Positions 9,401 to 19,826 of a stretch of 64,000 nt of DNA are shown one piece after another. The notes under the pieces were generated by a model. It was not told the DNA's origin, made no database searches, and saw only the letters and a program-made list of their open reading frames with translations. The translations under genes were made by a program, and so were the position numbers. This DNA is from Candidatus Bathyarchaeota archaeon (lineage in GTDB: Archaea > Thermoproteota > Bathyarchaeia > TCS64). Positions within the stretch are counted from its first letter, which is position 1. Each line of letters starts with the position of its first letter. The stretch is taken from NCBI GenBank assembly GCA_963771885.1, contig CAVYVF010000002.1, forward strand, positions 416,001 through 480,000. Direction: 5' to 3'.

Positions 9401-9799
9401 ATGTCCTCGGCAGGCAAAGGGAAAGACATCCCTAAGATGCGCGTGAATAGGCAGCTCGAGAGGCTCTCAAGCTACGCGGGTGTCGCAATGATAATCATGA
9501 TAATCTTCATCCTCGGTGGCGGTGTATACGATATCATCAATAAACCGAGCTCTACTGTCGTAACATCAAGCGGTGCATTATCATCGATAAGCCCCTATTC
9601 TGGAGAACAGACGATTAACGAGAGCATCGTCAGTATGTTTCTCTACGCCTCTGGCTTTGCCGGGTTATACCTCGTTTATGGGGCTACGCAAGTAATGTAT
9701 GATAAGTCGAAGGCCAACCTCAACTTGATGGTTGGTGTCTCCCTTGCCCTGATCGGTTTCGTGGGGGCGTATGTCCTACTCGCTTTGAAGAACGCCTGA
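9401..9799 (+). CDS. OST3/OST6-OSTC(DC2)-like membrane protein
   Basis: Three TM helices. IFILGGGVYDIINKP...EQTINESIVSMFLYASGFAGLYL resembles the OSTC/DC2 pattern GGxxYDxIxxP...QxxxExxxxxFLFxxGxxGxxxL. Confidence 0.6.
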   Translation: MSSAGKGKDIPKMRVNRQLERLSSYAGVAMIIMIIFILGGGVYDIINKPSSTVVTSSGALSSISPYSGEQTINESIVSMFLYASGFAGLYLVYGATQVMYDKSKANLNLMVGVSLALIGFVGAYVLLALKNA

Positions 9800-9889
9800 T
9801 AACGGAAGCAAATTTTACGTTTTTTTAGAGTTTATCCCGAAACTATAAAGTCTTTATACTTAAATCAGGTCCAAATTAGAGGATAGTAT

Positions 9890-10351
9890 ATGTCATTCTT
9901 TGACAAGGTCAAGAGCGGTGCAGGCAAGGTCGCCTTTGAGGCGGACAAGGTAGCTGACGCGAAGAGGGTCGAAATGGATATCGGTGGATTGAAGAAGCAG
10001 ATCAACGAAATCTACACGACTCTTGGCGAGATGTCCTACCGCCGATATGCGGCGACGAACCAGGAGGCCCCCGAGTTCCTTGAAGTGTGTCAGAGGATCC
10101 TCGCCGTGGAGCAAAAGATCACAGCTAAGCAAGAAGAACTGAAGCAGATAAACGCGAGGATCTGGCAGGCACCCCAACCACAGCAGCAATATCAGGCCCC
10201 CCCACAGTCTTACTCTCCGCCGCCTCAGCAACAGTACAACGCCCCTCCGCCACCCCCGCCACAGCAAGGCGGCAAGTTCTGCCCGAGCTGTGGAACAACC
10301 TTGAACGACACTACAAAATTCTGTAGCAACTGTGGCGCGAAGGTAGCCTAA
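9890..10351 (+). CDS. Coiled-coil plus Pro/Gln-rich linker plus double zinc-ribbon protein
   Basis: C-terminal FCPSCG...KFCSNCGAKV after a low-complexity P/Q linker. Confidence 0.75.
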   Translation: MSFFDKVKSGAGKVAFEADKVADAKRVEMDIGGLKKQINEIYTTLGEMSYRRYAATNQEAPEFLEVCQRILAVEQKITAKQEELKQINARIWQAPQPQQQYQAPPQSYSPPPQQQYNAPPPPPPQQGGKFCPSCGTTLNDTTKFCSNCGAKVA

Positions 10352-10421
10352 GTTCCCCGACGACTAAGCCGATTCATTTTCTTGGAAAGCTCTTATTGGC
10401 ATGTGGATGCCTATTTAGCCC

Positions 10422-11315
10422 GTGGCTTTGTTGAAGCGAATAGGTTTCATCGGGCTTGGTCTCATGGGCAGCGGTATGACCATGAACATACTCAAGGCGG
10501 GATTCCCTCTCACGGTGTGGAACAGGACAGCTTCACGCGCGGAGCCCATCGTGAAGGCTGGGGCGAAGCTGGCTAAGACGCCGAAGGAGGTCGCGGAGAA
10601 GAGCGACGTGGTCATCTCGATAGTCACCGACTCGATAGATGTCGAGGAGGTCCTCCTCGGGACGAACGGCGTCATCCACGGCGTCAAGCCAGGGATGATA
10701 GTCATCGATATGAGCACCATCAGCCCCATCAGGACTCGTGAGATAGCGGCTAAGTTCAAGGAGAAGGGTATCAAGATGCTTGATGCCCCAGTAAGCGGCG
10801 GCGACATTGGCGCTCGGAACGGCACTCTGAGTATCATGGTGGGCGGTGATAAGGACGCCTTCGACGAGGTTGTCCCCGTCTTCCAAGCGATGGGCAAGAC
10901 CCTCACTTACATCGGCGGCAATGGTGACGGCCAGATATGCAAAGCGGTAAACCAGATACTCGTCGGCATGAACATGCTAGCTGTAGCGGAGGCACTCGTC
11001 TTCGCCAAGAAGGCTGGCGTCGACCCGAAGAAGGTTCACGCCGCTGTTTCCCCAGGAGCCGCTGGCAGCTGGCAGCTAACCAACAACGGCGCCAAGCTCC
11101 TCGTCGGCGACCATGAACCCGGCTTCAAGGTGAAGGACTACCTGAAGGACCTGCGCATCATTATGGAGACAAGCGATAGCATCAAGATGCCACTCCCCGG
11201 GACAGCGATCGTGCAGCAAATGTTCAAGAACCTCGACGCCGAGGGAATGAGGGACAAGGGAACACAAGCGGTAGTAACCGCGGTGGAGAAGCTGGCGAAG
11301 GAAAAGCTAGCCTAA
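10422..11315 (+). CDS. NAD(P)-dependent beta-hydroxyacid dehydrogenase (GarR/HIBADH family)
   Basis: IGFIGLGLMG, DAPVSGG, GQICKAVNQ. Confidence 0.9.
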   Translation: MALLKRIGFIGLGLMGSGMTMNILKAGFPLTVWNRTASRAEPIVKAGAKLAKTPKEVAEKSDVVISIVTDSIDVEEVLLGTNGVIHGVKPGMIVIDMSTISPIRTREIAAKFKEKGIKMLDAPVSGGDIGARNGTLSIMVGGDKDAFDEVVPVFQAMGKTLTYIGGNGDGQICKAVNQILVGMNMLAVAEALVFAKKAGVDPKKVHAAVSPGAAGSWQLTNNGAKLLVGDHEPGFKVKDYLKDLRIIMETSDSIKMPLPGTAIVQQMFKNLDAEGMRDKGTQAVVTAVEKLAKEKLA

Positions 11316-11361
11316 ACCTTTAAACAGTCCCGCCCCCTTCAAACAGCTTACGGTGGAAGAG

Positions 11362-12628
11362 TTGGCAAGGGATAGTTTTCCCGTACCCTGAACAGGGTAA
11401 GTTCTCCCAGCTTGTACAAGTCGAAGGCCACCTCATCGATTCCATGATACTCACCAAGATACTCGATGTCATCATGGATCGTAAGGGTGATTTTGAGTTC
11501 CTAGACTTCAAGATTGGAAGACGCAAGAACGACTACAGCAGTACCTCGATCATGATATTCGGAGAGAGTCGGGAGCACCTCGACGAGATAGTCGATGAGG
11601 TCCTACGACTAGGGGCTGTCATGCCCGAGGCGAGCGAGGTGGAGTACGATGCCTCGCCGCGGGACATGGTTTTACCTGACGACTTCTACTCGACCACGAA
11701 TCACCCAACCAGTGTGTACCTCGGCGGCGGATGGGTGGAGGTCGAGGGGCTTATGATGGATAAGCAGATTGTCGTCGACCCGGTGGGGAGACGGGCCTGG
11801 TGCAAGCCGATAGGCCTCGTTAGACGGGACGACCTCGTCGTCAGGGGTGAGAAGGGGATCAGGATCAAGCCCCCGGAGAGGCCTAGGGAGGGCGTCGGAG
11901 TCTTCGAGTTCATGAATGGCGAGGTCTCACCTGAGAGGCCGGCGACCTCCATCATCCGCAGGATCGCCAAGGAGCTAAAGGAGACGAAGGCACACGGTGG
12001 TAAGGTAGTCGTCGTGGCCGGCCCGGCGGTGATTCACACGGGTGCTGCCTCACATCTAGCACGTATGGTTGAGTTAGACTACGTCGACGCGCTGCTTTCG
12101 GGGAACGCTCTGGCGGTCCACGACATCGAGTACGCACTCTACGGCACGTCCTTGGGTGTCGAGTTGGAAGAGGGTGGCAGCAAGAAGGAGCCGCGTAATC
12201 ACATCTCAACGATAAACGAGGTCATCAAGGCGGGCTCAATGAAGGCGCTCGTGGATGCGGGGCGGGTGAGGTCGGGCATCTTCTACCAACTCACAATGAA
12301 GGAGATCCCCTATGCTCTCGCGGGCTCAATCAGGGACGATGGTCCGATACCCGAAGTCATCAAGGACTCGGGAGAGGCTCAGGTGAGGTACAGGGAGTTA
12401 GTGAGGGACGCCGACTTCGTCCTCATGCTCGCCTCGACCCTTCATTCCATCGCGGTGGGGAACATGCTCCCCTCGACAGTCAAGGTTGTCTGCGTCGACA
12501 TCAACCCGGCTGTCGTGACGAAGCTCAGCGACAGGGGCACAAGTCAGGCGGTGGGAGTCGTCTCCGACGTAGGTGCATTCGTCCCGCTCCTCATAGGTGA
12601 ACTTGAGAAACTGGGTGGTTGTGGATAA
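11362..12628 (+). CDS. TIGR00300-family (LOR/SDH-domain) ornithine cyclodeaminase-like protein
   Basis: EGHLIDS (upstream of the tracked ATG), PDDFYSTTNHPT, GPAVIHTG, GNALAVHDIE, LAGSIRDDGP, LHSIAVGN, KLSDRG. Start uncertain: TTG at 11362 with a frameshift at GGG ~11370, or ATA at 11372. Confidence 0.85.
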
Positions 12629-12690
12629 CTACGTTTTATGACTACTACCCATTATAACGAAAAAATATATTGTTTTTAAAATAATAGAAG

Positions 12691-12807
12691 TGGTCCCGCC
12701 TCCGGGATTTGAACCTGGAACCACTCGGTGTCTGCTCAAGGCCTGATTGCCTTCGCCCCGCGGGGCGGAAGCTACAGCCGAATGCTCTACCATTGAGCTA
12801 AGGCGGG
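12691..12807 (-). tRNA. tRNA-Tyr(GTA) with a 42-nt intron at 37/38 (12730-12771)
   Basis: Reverse complement CCCGCCTTAGCTCAATGGTAGAGCATTCGGCTGTAG^intron^ACCGAGTGGTTCCAGGTTCAAATCCCGGAGGCGGGACCA. C1-G72 pair as in archaeal tRNA-Tyr; CTGT/GCAG central helix with AGC and ACA bulges. Confidence 0.92.
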
Positions 12808-12849
12808 CTCCGCCAAATGGAGTCTTCAGGGAAAATATAAGCCCTATGG

Positions 12850-13951
12850 TTATACGCAGCTACCCTTCCGGGGGAAAACAGCTCGGATGTTCTTCCCAAA
12901 GGGAGGCTTGATGACTCCGACTTCGGTTATGAAGCCCATAATGTATTTGGCGGGGGTGACGTCGAAACTGGGGTTCAGCGCTGTTGTACCTTCGGCTGAG
13001 ATACGCACTTTGGTATAGTTGCCCCCCTCGTCGACGCCCCAGACCCAGTTGACCTCATCGGGGCTTCTCTCCTCAATCTCGATGGCGTCACCGTTGCGGC
13101 ATCTCAAGTCAAAGGTCATTTTAGGGGCGGCGACGTAGAATGGTACTCCGTTCTCGTGGGCAAGGACCGCCTTCTCATATGTGCCTATCTTGTTTGCGGT
13201 GTCCCCGTTGGCAGCGATCCTATCCGCGCCCACGATTACTAAATCAACATCGCCGCGGCGCATGTAGTGACCCGCAGCGTTGTCCGCGATTAGTGCGTAG
13301 GGTATTCCCTCCTGCTGGAGCTCCCATGCCGTGAGCCTCGCGCCTTGGCTACGGGGTCGCGTCTCGTCTGCGAAGACGAAGATGTGCTTCCCAGCCCTGT
13401 GCGCCGAGCGTATAGGGGCGAGGGCTGAGCCGTTGTCTATGAAGGCGAGGGCGCCGGCGTTGCAGTGTGTGAGCACACGGCAACCGTTCTTGATGATGGC
13501 GCTGCCATATTTTCCCATCTTCCTCGATGCGTCGAGGTCCTCGAGGGCTATCTTGTCCGCCTCCGTACACGCCGCCGCGACACGCTCCTCGACGCTGCCC
13601 TTTGAGGCTGCTTTGGCGACCCGATCGATTGCGTGGAATAGGTTGACTGCCGTGGGGCGCGTGCACCTCAATTTGGTAGCGGCGAAGGAGACATATTCCT
13701 TGAACTCTCTTAGCTTCTTGGTCTTTGGCTTCTAGCGCCGCTTGGGCGACGCCGTATCCGCCCGCAACGCCTATGGCTCCCGCTCCTCTGACCGCCATGT
13801 CGCGTATAGCCTCCGCCGTCTCACTGTGGCTCGTTAGCGTGAGTATCTCGAACCTGTGGGGGAGGAGGCGCTGGTCTATCATCTTGACAGCTGCGCCTTC
13901 CCTCCAGAGAGTCCATAACTCCTTCGTCTCGCCGTTGAAAGTTACCTTCAC
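12850..13951 (-). CDS. mtnA: Methylthioribose-1-phosphate isomerase / eIF2B-like (frameshift near 13725)
   Basis: IDQRLLP, MAVRGAGAIG, then TRPTAVNL, LTHCNAGALA, ETRP, GADRIAANGDTANKIGTY, NPSFDVTP. Confidence 0.88.
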
Positions 13952-14601
13952 TTTATCACTTCCCCGCTCTTCTTCGCCCAGAGGTAGAGATCCATCATGC
14001 CGAGTGGCATGTCGAGTCTCGCCGCCACACGCGTGAGGATCACCTCGTATTCAAGATACTTCTTCCTCGTCACCGTCTCGGGTCGCTCCGCAATTATGCT
14101 CTGCTCGACCATGTGGCTGAGTATGTGCTTGTCGACGATGGCGAGGTCTAGGTATCCAACGTTCCGGAGGAAGTGGCTCGCCTCCTTCATACCGAGGCCC
14201 TTGATGTTCTCGACCAGCCACTCCCTCGCGGCGCGGCTACTGGGCTGGCTCGTTATGGTCTTCTTCAGGTCGCCTCTGTGGCGGCGCGCCTCGAGTATGA
14301 ACTCCGCCCTCTTGTTGGGGAACCTGTGCCTGTGCTGCAGGCACGCCCTGAGCTGCTCCAGGCTGCCCTTATCCATGGTGTATCCCTCCTTTAGGGAGGC
14401 AATACAGGCAAGTGCGCCACGGGCGCTGTAGTTCGCTGTGAGCAGACAGAAGACGAGCTCCTCGAACCATCGCTCCTCGCCCTCCCGCTGGGCTTGGCGA
14501 AACTCCTCGATGCGGGCCTCTACCTTGCGACGCGTCTCTGGTTTGCCCACCTCCACACGCACTACGGTGGCGAGTCGCTCAAGGGCTTCGTCGGGTTGCA
14601 C
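13948..14601 (-). CDS. ogg: 8-oxoguanine DNA glycosylase/AP lyase (archaeal Ogg2-type)
   Basis: ELVFCLLTAN, RFPNKRA, IKGLGMKEASHFLRNVG, AIVDKH, DLYLW. Start estimated at GTG 14601. Confidence 0.88.
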   Translation of the reverse strand: MQPDEALERLATVVRVEVGKPETRRKVEARIEEFRQAQREGEERWFEELVFCLLTANYSARGALACIASLKEGYTMDKGSLEQLRACLQHRHRFPNKRAEFILEARRHRGDLKKTITSQPSSRAAREWLVENIKGLGMKEASHFLRNVGYLDLAIVDKHILSHMVEQSIIAERPETVTRKKYLEYEVILTRVAARLDMPLGMMDLYLWAKKSGEVIK

Positions 14602-14730
14602 GATCCATAACGGCAGCGTGGCTCCTCTTAAAACTGTAGAGGGCAATTTTTGCCGTCCCCGTGTAAACAAGGGATACGGATACAGTTATACTCGCAGCGG
14701 CTGGGCTATTCTTCATCAGGTGTATCTGGC

Positions 14731-15267
14731 TTGTCGGTCGATGTCAACCTCATTGAATATGAGAACACGCCCGTCAAGCTGGTGGCGCTCAGGAAGACGC
14801 CGAAGATAGAGACCCCGGGACTTACCCTCGACGAGGTAGACGAACGTAAAGAATTCAGCGTACCCTTCTGGGTAGCCTGCGTCATCGTCGAGGCGGGCCT
14901 TGCTAAGTGGGGCGAGGAGGGGCTGACGACAGAGGAGTGGACGTCAACCCACTTCAAGGAACGCTTCAACCCGGGCGGCGCGCCGGGGGCCCTTCCGAAG
15001 GACTTCTACGCCAAGGCATACGTGAGTCTTCAACTCTCGGCGAAGGCTGCGGAGGGCGACGCCGCAAAGACTGAGCAGATCAACAGGCTGCATGCCAGGT
15101 TCAGGGAGATAATTGATAGCCGTGTCGGTAAGGTGACGCGCATTGCGACAACAGAGACGGCGTTGCAGCCAGGCATACTCCAGCCCGAGGAACAAGTGCT
15201 CTATTTAGAGCTCGAGCGCATCGTCTCCGGCTGGCGCAAGGACGTCAGGAGGCTGAGTACCCGGTAA
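14731..15267 (+). CDS. GINS complex subunit (Gins23-like)
   Basis: N-terminal B-domain (VPFWVA) plus helical A-domain (LPKDFY, RVGKV, EEQVLY); TAATG overlap with mcm. Confidence 0.75.
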   Translation: MSVDVNLIEYENTPVKLVALRKTPKIETPGLTLDEVDERKEFSVPFWVACVIVEAGLAKWGEEGLTTEEWTSTHFKERFNPGGAPGALPKDFYAKAYVSLQLSAKAAEGDAAKTEQINRLHARFREIIDSRVGKVTRIATTETALQPGILQPEEQVLYLELERIVSGWRKDVRRLSTR

Positions 15268-17312
15268 TGGCAAAGCAAGTCAGCCACGAGGAAGTCTTCA
15301 CCCGCTTCGTCGAGGACTTCCGAGACGAGGAAGACGTCCTCAAGTACGAGCAGTCCATACAGGAGATGCCCATAAAGGGCATACGAAGCCTCATCGTCGA
15401 CTTCAACGACCTTTATAACTATGACATGGAGCTTGCCGCCGAGGTCATAAAAGACCCCGACAGGATACTCGACCTCTTCAGCCGCGTCGTCTTCGACAAG
15501 CTCAGGCAACGCGACCTCGTCTACGCCGAGGCGCAGAAGAAGATACACGTCCGAGTCAGAGCTCTCCCATCAATCACACCTCTGAGGAAGATTGGCTCCG
15601 AGCATATCGGGCGCCTCGTCATGATCAAGGGCATAATCGTCCGCGCTTCAGCAACAACGCCTCAAGTAATGAAGGCGGTATTCCGCTGCAGTAACTGCAA
15701 CGAGCTAAACTACATCGATCAGGACGGCGAGACACTTAAGACACCGATAAAGTGCGAGCACTGCGACAGCAAGAGCCGCTTCGACCTCGTGCCCAAGCTC
15801 TCAGTCTTTATGGACTCGCAGAGGGTGACGACTCAGGAGAGGCCGGAGGACCTACCCCCAGGGCAGTTACCGCGTAGCCTACACGTTGACCTTAAAGATG
15901 ACATCGTCGACCAAGCGCGCCCCGGTGACAGGATCACAATCGTAGGCAGCGTCGACCTACTCCAGCGCTTCGGCCGCGGTGGCCAGCTTCGCATATTCGA
16001 CATGGTAATGGAGGCGAGCCACATAGAGGTGAGCGGCCGCGAGGCGGAGATGACCGACATCTCGCCTGAGGACGAGGAGAAAATCAAGGAGATTTCGCAG
16101 GACCCGTGGGTCCACCGAAGGCTACTTCAGAGCATAGCGCCGAGCATATACGGCCACGAGAACATCAAGGAGTCAATACTCTACCTCCTCTTCGGCGGCA
16201 TTAACAAGATTCTCCCCGACGTCCGCATCAGGGGTGATATAAACGTCCTTCTCGTAGGCGACCCAGGTACGGGTAAGAGCCAGCTCCTCCAGTTCGCAGC
16301 GAAGATCGCGCCAAGGGGACTCATGACAACGGGCAGGGGGAGCACCGCCGCTGGTCTCACTGCTGCCGTAGTCAAAGAGGGGGGAACGGGCAACTTCATC
16401 CTCGAAGCAGGAGCACTCGTCCTAGCGGATCAGGGGATCTGCTGTATCGACGAGATCGACAAGATGCGCGAGGAGGACCGCGGCGCGATACACCCGGCGA
16501 TGGAGCAGCAAATAGTACCAATCGCGAAGGGAGGCATCGTCGCCACGCTTAACGCGAGGACTAGCATACTCGCAGCGGCGAACCCGACACTCGGCAGGTA
16601 CAACCCCTACCAGACCATCGGGCAGAACATCAATCTCCCAGTAACCATCCTGAGCAGGTTCGACGTCATCTTCGTCCTAAAGGACGTGCCAGACGCGGAG
16701 AAGGACGCGACGATGGCAGAGCATATACTAGGCCTCCACAGGTCCGCCGGCAGCACAATTACGTCGCCTATCGACCCCGAGCTCTTCAGGAAGTATATCA
16801 GCTACGCCAAGACACGTGTCCGCCCTCTGCTCAGCGAGGAGGTCATCACTCGCTTCCGCGACTTCTACGTCAAGATGAGGACAGCGAGCATCGAGGGAGG
16901 GGAGGCGTCGGCGGTGAGCATCACGGCGCGCCAACTGGAGAGCCTCGTCAGGCTCGCAGAGGCACGCGCCAAGGCACACCTGCGCAACGAGGTCACCAAG
17001 GAGGACGCCGAGGCTGTCATCACCCTCATGCAGAGCAGCCTCGAGCAGGTGGGCATCGACGTCTCGACGGGCCAGATAGACATCGACATCCTCTACACGG
17101 GCAAGCCGAGGAGCCTGCAGACGCAGCTACAGAAGGTGCTCGGCAAGATTGCGGAGCTTGAGAGGACCGGGCCGGTGAAGGACGACGACCTCTACGAGGC
17201 ACTCGCCGAGGACGGGGTAAATAGGAGCGAGGCGGCGAAGCTCATAAGTACGCTGATGAGAGACGGCACCATCTTCTCGCCGCGCCCAGGCACGTACAGG
17301 CGCGCCTCCTAA
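15267..17312 (+). CDS. mcm: MCM replicative helicase
   Basis: Zinc finger CSNC/CEHC, GDPGTGKSQ, CCIDEIDKM, AMEQQ, SRFD, ITARQLES. No intein seen. Confidence 0.97.
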   Translation: MAKQVSHEEVFTRFVEDFRDEEDVLKYEQSIQEMPIKGIRSLIVDFNDLYNYDMELAAEVIKDPDRILDLFSRVVFDKLRQRDLVYAEAQKKIHVRVRALPSITPLRKIGSEHIGRLVMIKGIIVRASATTPQVMKAVFRCSNCNELNYIDQDGETLKTPIKCEHCDSKSRFDLVPKLSVFMDSQRVTTQERPEDLPPGQLPRSLHVDLKDDIVDQARPGDRITIVGSVDLLQRFGRGGQLRIFDMVMEASHIEVSGREAEMTDISPEDEEKIKEISQDPWVHRRLLQSIAPSIYGHENIKESILYLLFGGINKILPDVRIRGDINVLLVGDPGTGKSQLLQFAAKIAPRGLMTTGRGSTAAGLTAAVVKEGGTGNFILEAGALVLADQGICCIDEIDKMREEDRGAIHPAMEQQIVPIAKGGIVATLNARTSILAAANPTLGRYNPYQTIGQNINLPVTILSRFDVIFVLKDVPDAEKDATMAEHILGLHRSAGSTITSPIDPELFRKYISYAKTRVRPLLSEEVITRFRDFYVKMRTASIEGGEASAVSITARQLESLVRLAEARAKAHLRNEVTKEDAEAVITLMQSSLEQVGIDVSTGQIDIDILYTGKPRSLQTQLQKVLGKIAELERTGPVKDDDLYEALAEDGVNRSEAAKLISTLMRDGTIFSPRPGTYRRAS

Positions 17313-17622
17313 ATTAAAGTATACACCATTTTTGTCGACGGAGTTATCACTATTAATTGGGAGATTACTCGAAAGATCATTGGTGACAAAATTGCAGAGT
17401 ATAAGTAATGAAGAACGCGTGCGGCATCAACTCGGTGAAGAGGGATGTGGCAGCCGCAGAAGTCAATGACATGACCGAGTAGCTCTTTATCCAGTCGCAT
17501 CGTTTCCTGCGAAGACGTTTTTACCCAGAGTTGCAAGGATATATTCCTCAGCGCTTCTGGGAAACCCTTAAACGATTACCGGGTCTGCCTATTGTTATCG
17601 CGGGCGCACTGGAGGAAGTGAC

Positions 17623-18693
17623 ACGGTAATCAAGGTCGCCATCGCAGGCGTCGGAAACTGCGCATCCGCCCTCGTGCAGGGCGTTGAGTTCTACAAGAAC
17701 GTCGAGAGGGACGAGGACATCCCCGGCGTCATGCACGCTTACTTCGGGGACTACCACATCAGGGATGTCAAGTTCGTCGCCGCCTTCGAGGTAAACAAGG
17801 CGAAGATCGGCAAAGACATCTCGGACGCTATCTGGGCGAAGCCAAATTGCTGCGCTAAATTCAGCGACGTCCCCAAGACGGGAGCTAAGGTCTACGCCGG
17901 CCCCATCAGTGACGGCGTCGCGCCTCATATGTACGAGGCGTTCAACGCGGATAAAAACATCGAAACCGTCGACGTCACTCAGATACTGAAGGAGTCGGAC
18001 GCTGATATGTTGATAAACTACCTACCCGTCGGCAGCGCCAAGGGCACACAGATATACGCCCAGGCTGCACTCGACGCGGACTGCGCATTCATCAACTGCA
18101 TTCCTGAGTTCATCTGCAGCGTCCCTACGTGGGCTAAGAAGTTTGAGAAGAAGGGACTACCCGTCGCCGGCGACGACATCAAGAGCCAGGTGGGAGCCAC
18201 GATCGTTCACCGCGTGTTGGCGAAGTTGTTTTACGACCGCGGCGTCAAGATCGATTCGACCTACCAACTCAACATCGGTGGCAACACCGACTTCCTCAAC
18301 ATGACTGTCGAGAATAGGCTCAAGACGAAACGCGTCAGTAAGACCCAGGCGGTCCAGAGCCTAATCCCGTACGACGTGCCGACTAGGATCGGCCCCTCGG
18401 ACTACGTACCGTTCCTAGAAGACCATAAGGTCTGCTACATCAGGATAAACGGCAAGGCATTCGGAGACCTCCCGCTCGTGATGGACGCTAAACTCTTCGT
18501 CAACGACAGCCCCAACAGTGGAGGCGTCGTCATCGATGTTGTCCGTGCCGTGAAGATAGCCCTTGACAGAGGCATCGGCGGACCTCTCCTTGGGATAAGT
18601 AGCTATAGCTTCAAGCACCCGCCACAGCAGGTCCCTGACGATCAGGCCCACCAGTGGGTTGAGGACTTCATCGCTGGTAAGAAAGATCGTTAA
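17623..18693 (+). CDS. ino1: Myo-inositol-1-phosphate synthase
   Basis: In-frame IKVAIAGVGNCASALVQG upstream of the tracked start; NYLPVGS, GDDIKSQVGAT, GGNTDFLN, DSPNS. Probable start is ACG at 17623. Confidence 0.93.
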   Translation, partial: TVIKVAIAGVGNCASALVQGVEFYKNVERDEDIPGVMHAYFGDYHIRDVKFVAAFEVNKAKIGKDISDAIWAKPNCCAKFSDVPKTGAKVYAGPISDGVAPHMYEAFNADKNIETVDVTQILKESDADMLINYLPVGSAKGTQIYAQAALDADCAFINCIPEFICSVPTWAKKFEKKGLPVAGDDIKSQVGATIVHRVLAKLFYDRGVKIDSTYQLNIGGNTDFLNMTVENRLKTKRVSKTQAVQSLIPYDVPTRIGPSDYVPFLEDHKVCYIRINGKAFGDLPLVMDAKLFVNDSPNSGGVVIDVVRAVKIALDRGIGGPLLGISSYSFKHPPQQVPDDQAHQWVEDFIAGKKDR

Positions 18694-18699
18694 ATGATT

Positions 18700-19200
18700 T
18701 TAATCTGGGAACCAAAGGGCGAGTTCCGTATTCGCCTCATCCAGGTTTCCAGAAGCGTGTATAAGGTTCTCGCAGGCACGCTCCTCGGCTGTGCTCTTGG
18801 CGATCGAGTCTGTGCCGAAGTCGCCTCTTATGGTGCCTTTTTCGGCGGCGGCGGGGTCAGTATAACCGGTAACCTTCCTGACAAGCAGGATTGCATCCTC
18901 ACCTGCAAAGCCTATCGCCAAGACGGGGTTGCGCATGAAGTACTTTCGGACACGTTCGAGAACCTTCATCCCGTGTGCCTTGGCGTCAGTGATCCCGGGG
19001 GAAGCAAGCTGCGCCTTTTTCCCAAGCCCCTCAGCCATGGAGTCCGGGTAATGCTTCCTGAGAATGGCTTCATTCACGCAACGGTAGTAGTGCATGTCGA
19101 CGATCTTCAGCCCTGCCCTTTCGTAGCGGTCGATTATCGCCCCGACGAGGTTTCTCTCCAGGGCGTCGGGTTTCAGGATAACAAGCGTCTCCTGGTACAT
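18700..19200 (-). CDS. ndk: Nucleoside diphosphate kinase
   Basis: TLVILKPD, GTIRGDF, NLIHAS. Confidence 0.93.
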   Translation of the reverse strand: MYQETLVILKPDALERNLVGAIIDRYERAGLKIVDMHYYRCVNEAILRKHYPDSMAEGLGKKAQLASPGITDAKAHGMKVLERVRKYFMRNPVLAIGFAGEDAILLVRKVTGYTDPAAAEKGTIRGDFGTDSIAKSTAEERACENLIHASGNLDEANTELALWFPD

Positions 19201-19407
19201 TCTAATCCTGATATCGGGAACCCCATAGACTATAACCGCTTCGCCGCACGAAGGGGAGGGGCGTCATCTGAAAAAACTAAATAAAAGCCCTTTTAACCAA
19301 AATAACCCTAAATAGGAGACCGTTAGCGATCGACAGTGTACTAAAAAGTACACTTAACGCGTTGATATGTATCGCGAAAAGATGTTAAAAGAGGGTGAAT
19401 AGCAGTC

Positions 19408-19593
19408 TTAGCGCTGCTGGCCCCACGCCTTAGTCCACTTGAACTTGCGCGGGTCCCTGTTCAGCTTTAAGCTGCACTTTCTGCACTTGCTCCCGCAGAA
19501 CCTGAGGACGCGCCCGTCCCTACGGACGAAGCCTATCCCGGTTCCCGGGGCAATGTCGCTCCCACAGAACGCGCACTTGTAGACAGTCGGCAT
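19408..19593 (-). CDS. rpl24e: 50S ribosomal protein L24e
   Basis: CAFCG...PGTG...FCGSKC...PRKFKWT. Confidence 0.95.
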   Translation of the reverse strand: MPTVYKCAFCGSDIAPGTGIGFVRRDGRVLRFCGSKCRKCSLKLNRDPRKFKWTKAWGQQR

Positions 19594-19602
19594 ACACTAT
19601 AC

Positions 19603-19815
19603 CTACCTGATCTTCCTAGCCTCGCGCTCCGTCTCCCTGAGCAGCAGCAGGTCGTCAATTCTCACCGGGCCCTTGACGTTCCTGGTGATGATGCGGCCCT
19701 TGTCCTTGCCATCCTCTATCCTGACGCGGACCTGCATCACCTCTCCGGTGAGACCCGTCCTGCCAAGTATCTGGATGACCGTAGCCTGCGTCAGGCTTTC
19801 CTGTTCCTCGGACAC
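19603..19815 (-). CDS. rps28e: 30S ribosomal protein S28e
   Basis: GRTG...RNVKGPVR...LRETEREA. Confidence 0.95.
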   Translation of the reverse strand: MSEEQESLTQATVIQILGRTGLTGEVMQVRVRIEDGKDKGRIITRNVKGPVRIDDLLLLRETEREARKIR

Positions 19816-19826
19816 AGAGGTTCACC

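Noticed and set aside
10180..10270. CAG/CCN-rich repeats
   Set aside because: Encode the Pro/Gln linker of a zinc-ribbon protein; not a CRISPR array or DNA repeat element.
17405..17482. Possible C/D sRNA or structured RNA between mcm and ino1 (ATGAAGA and GTGAAGA boxes, ACTCGGT/ACCGAGT stem)
   Set aside because: No properly placed D'/D boxes and non-canonical K-turn geometry; too weak without a covariance search.
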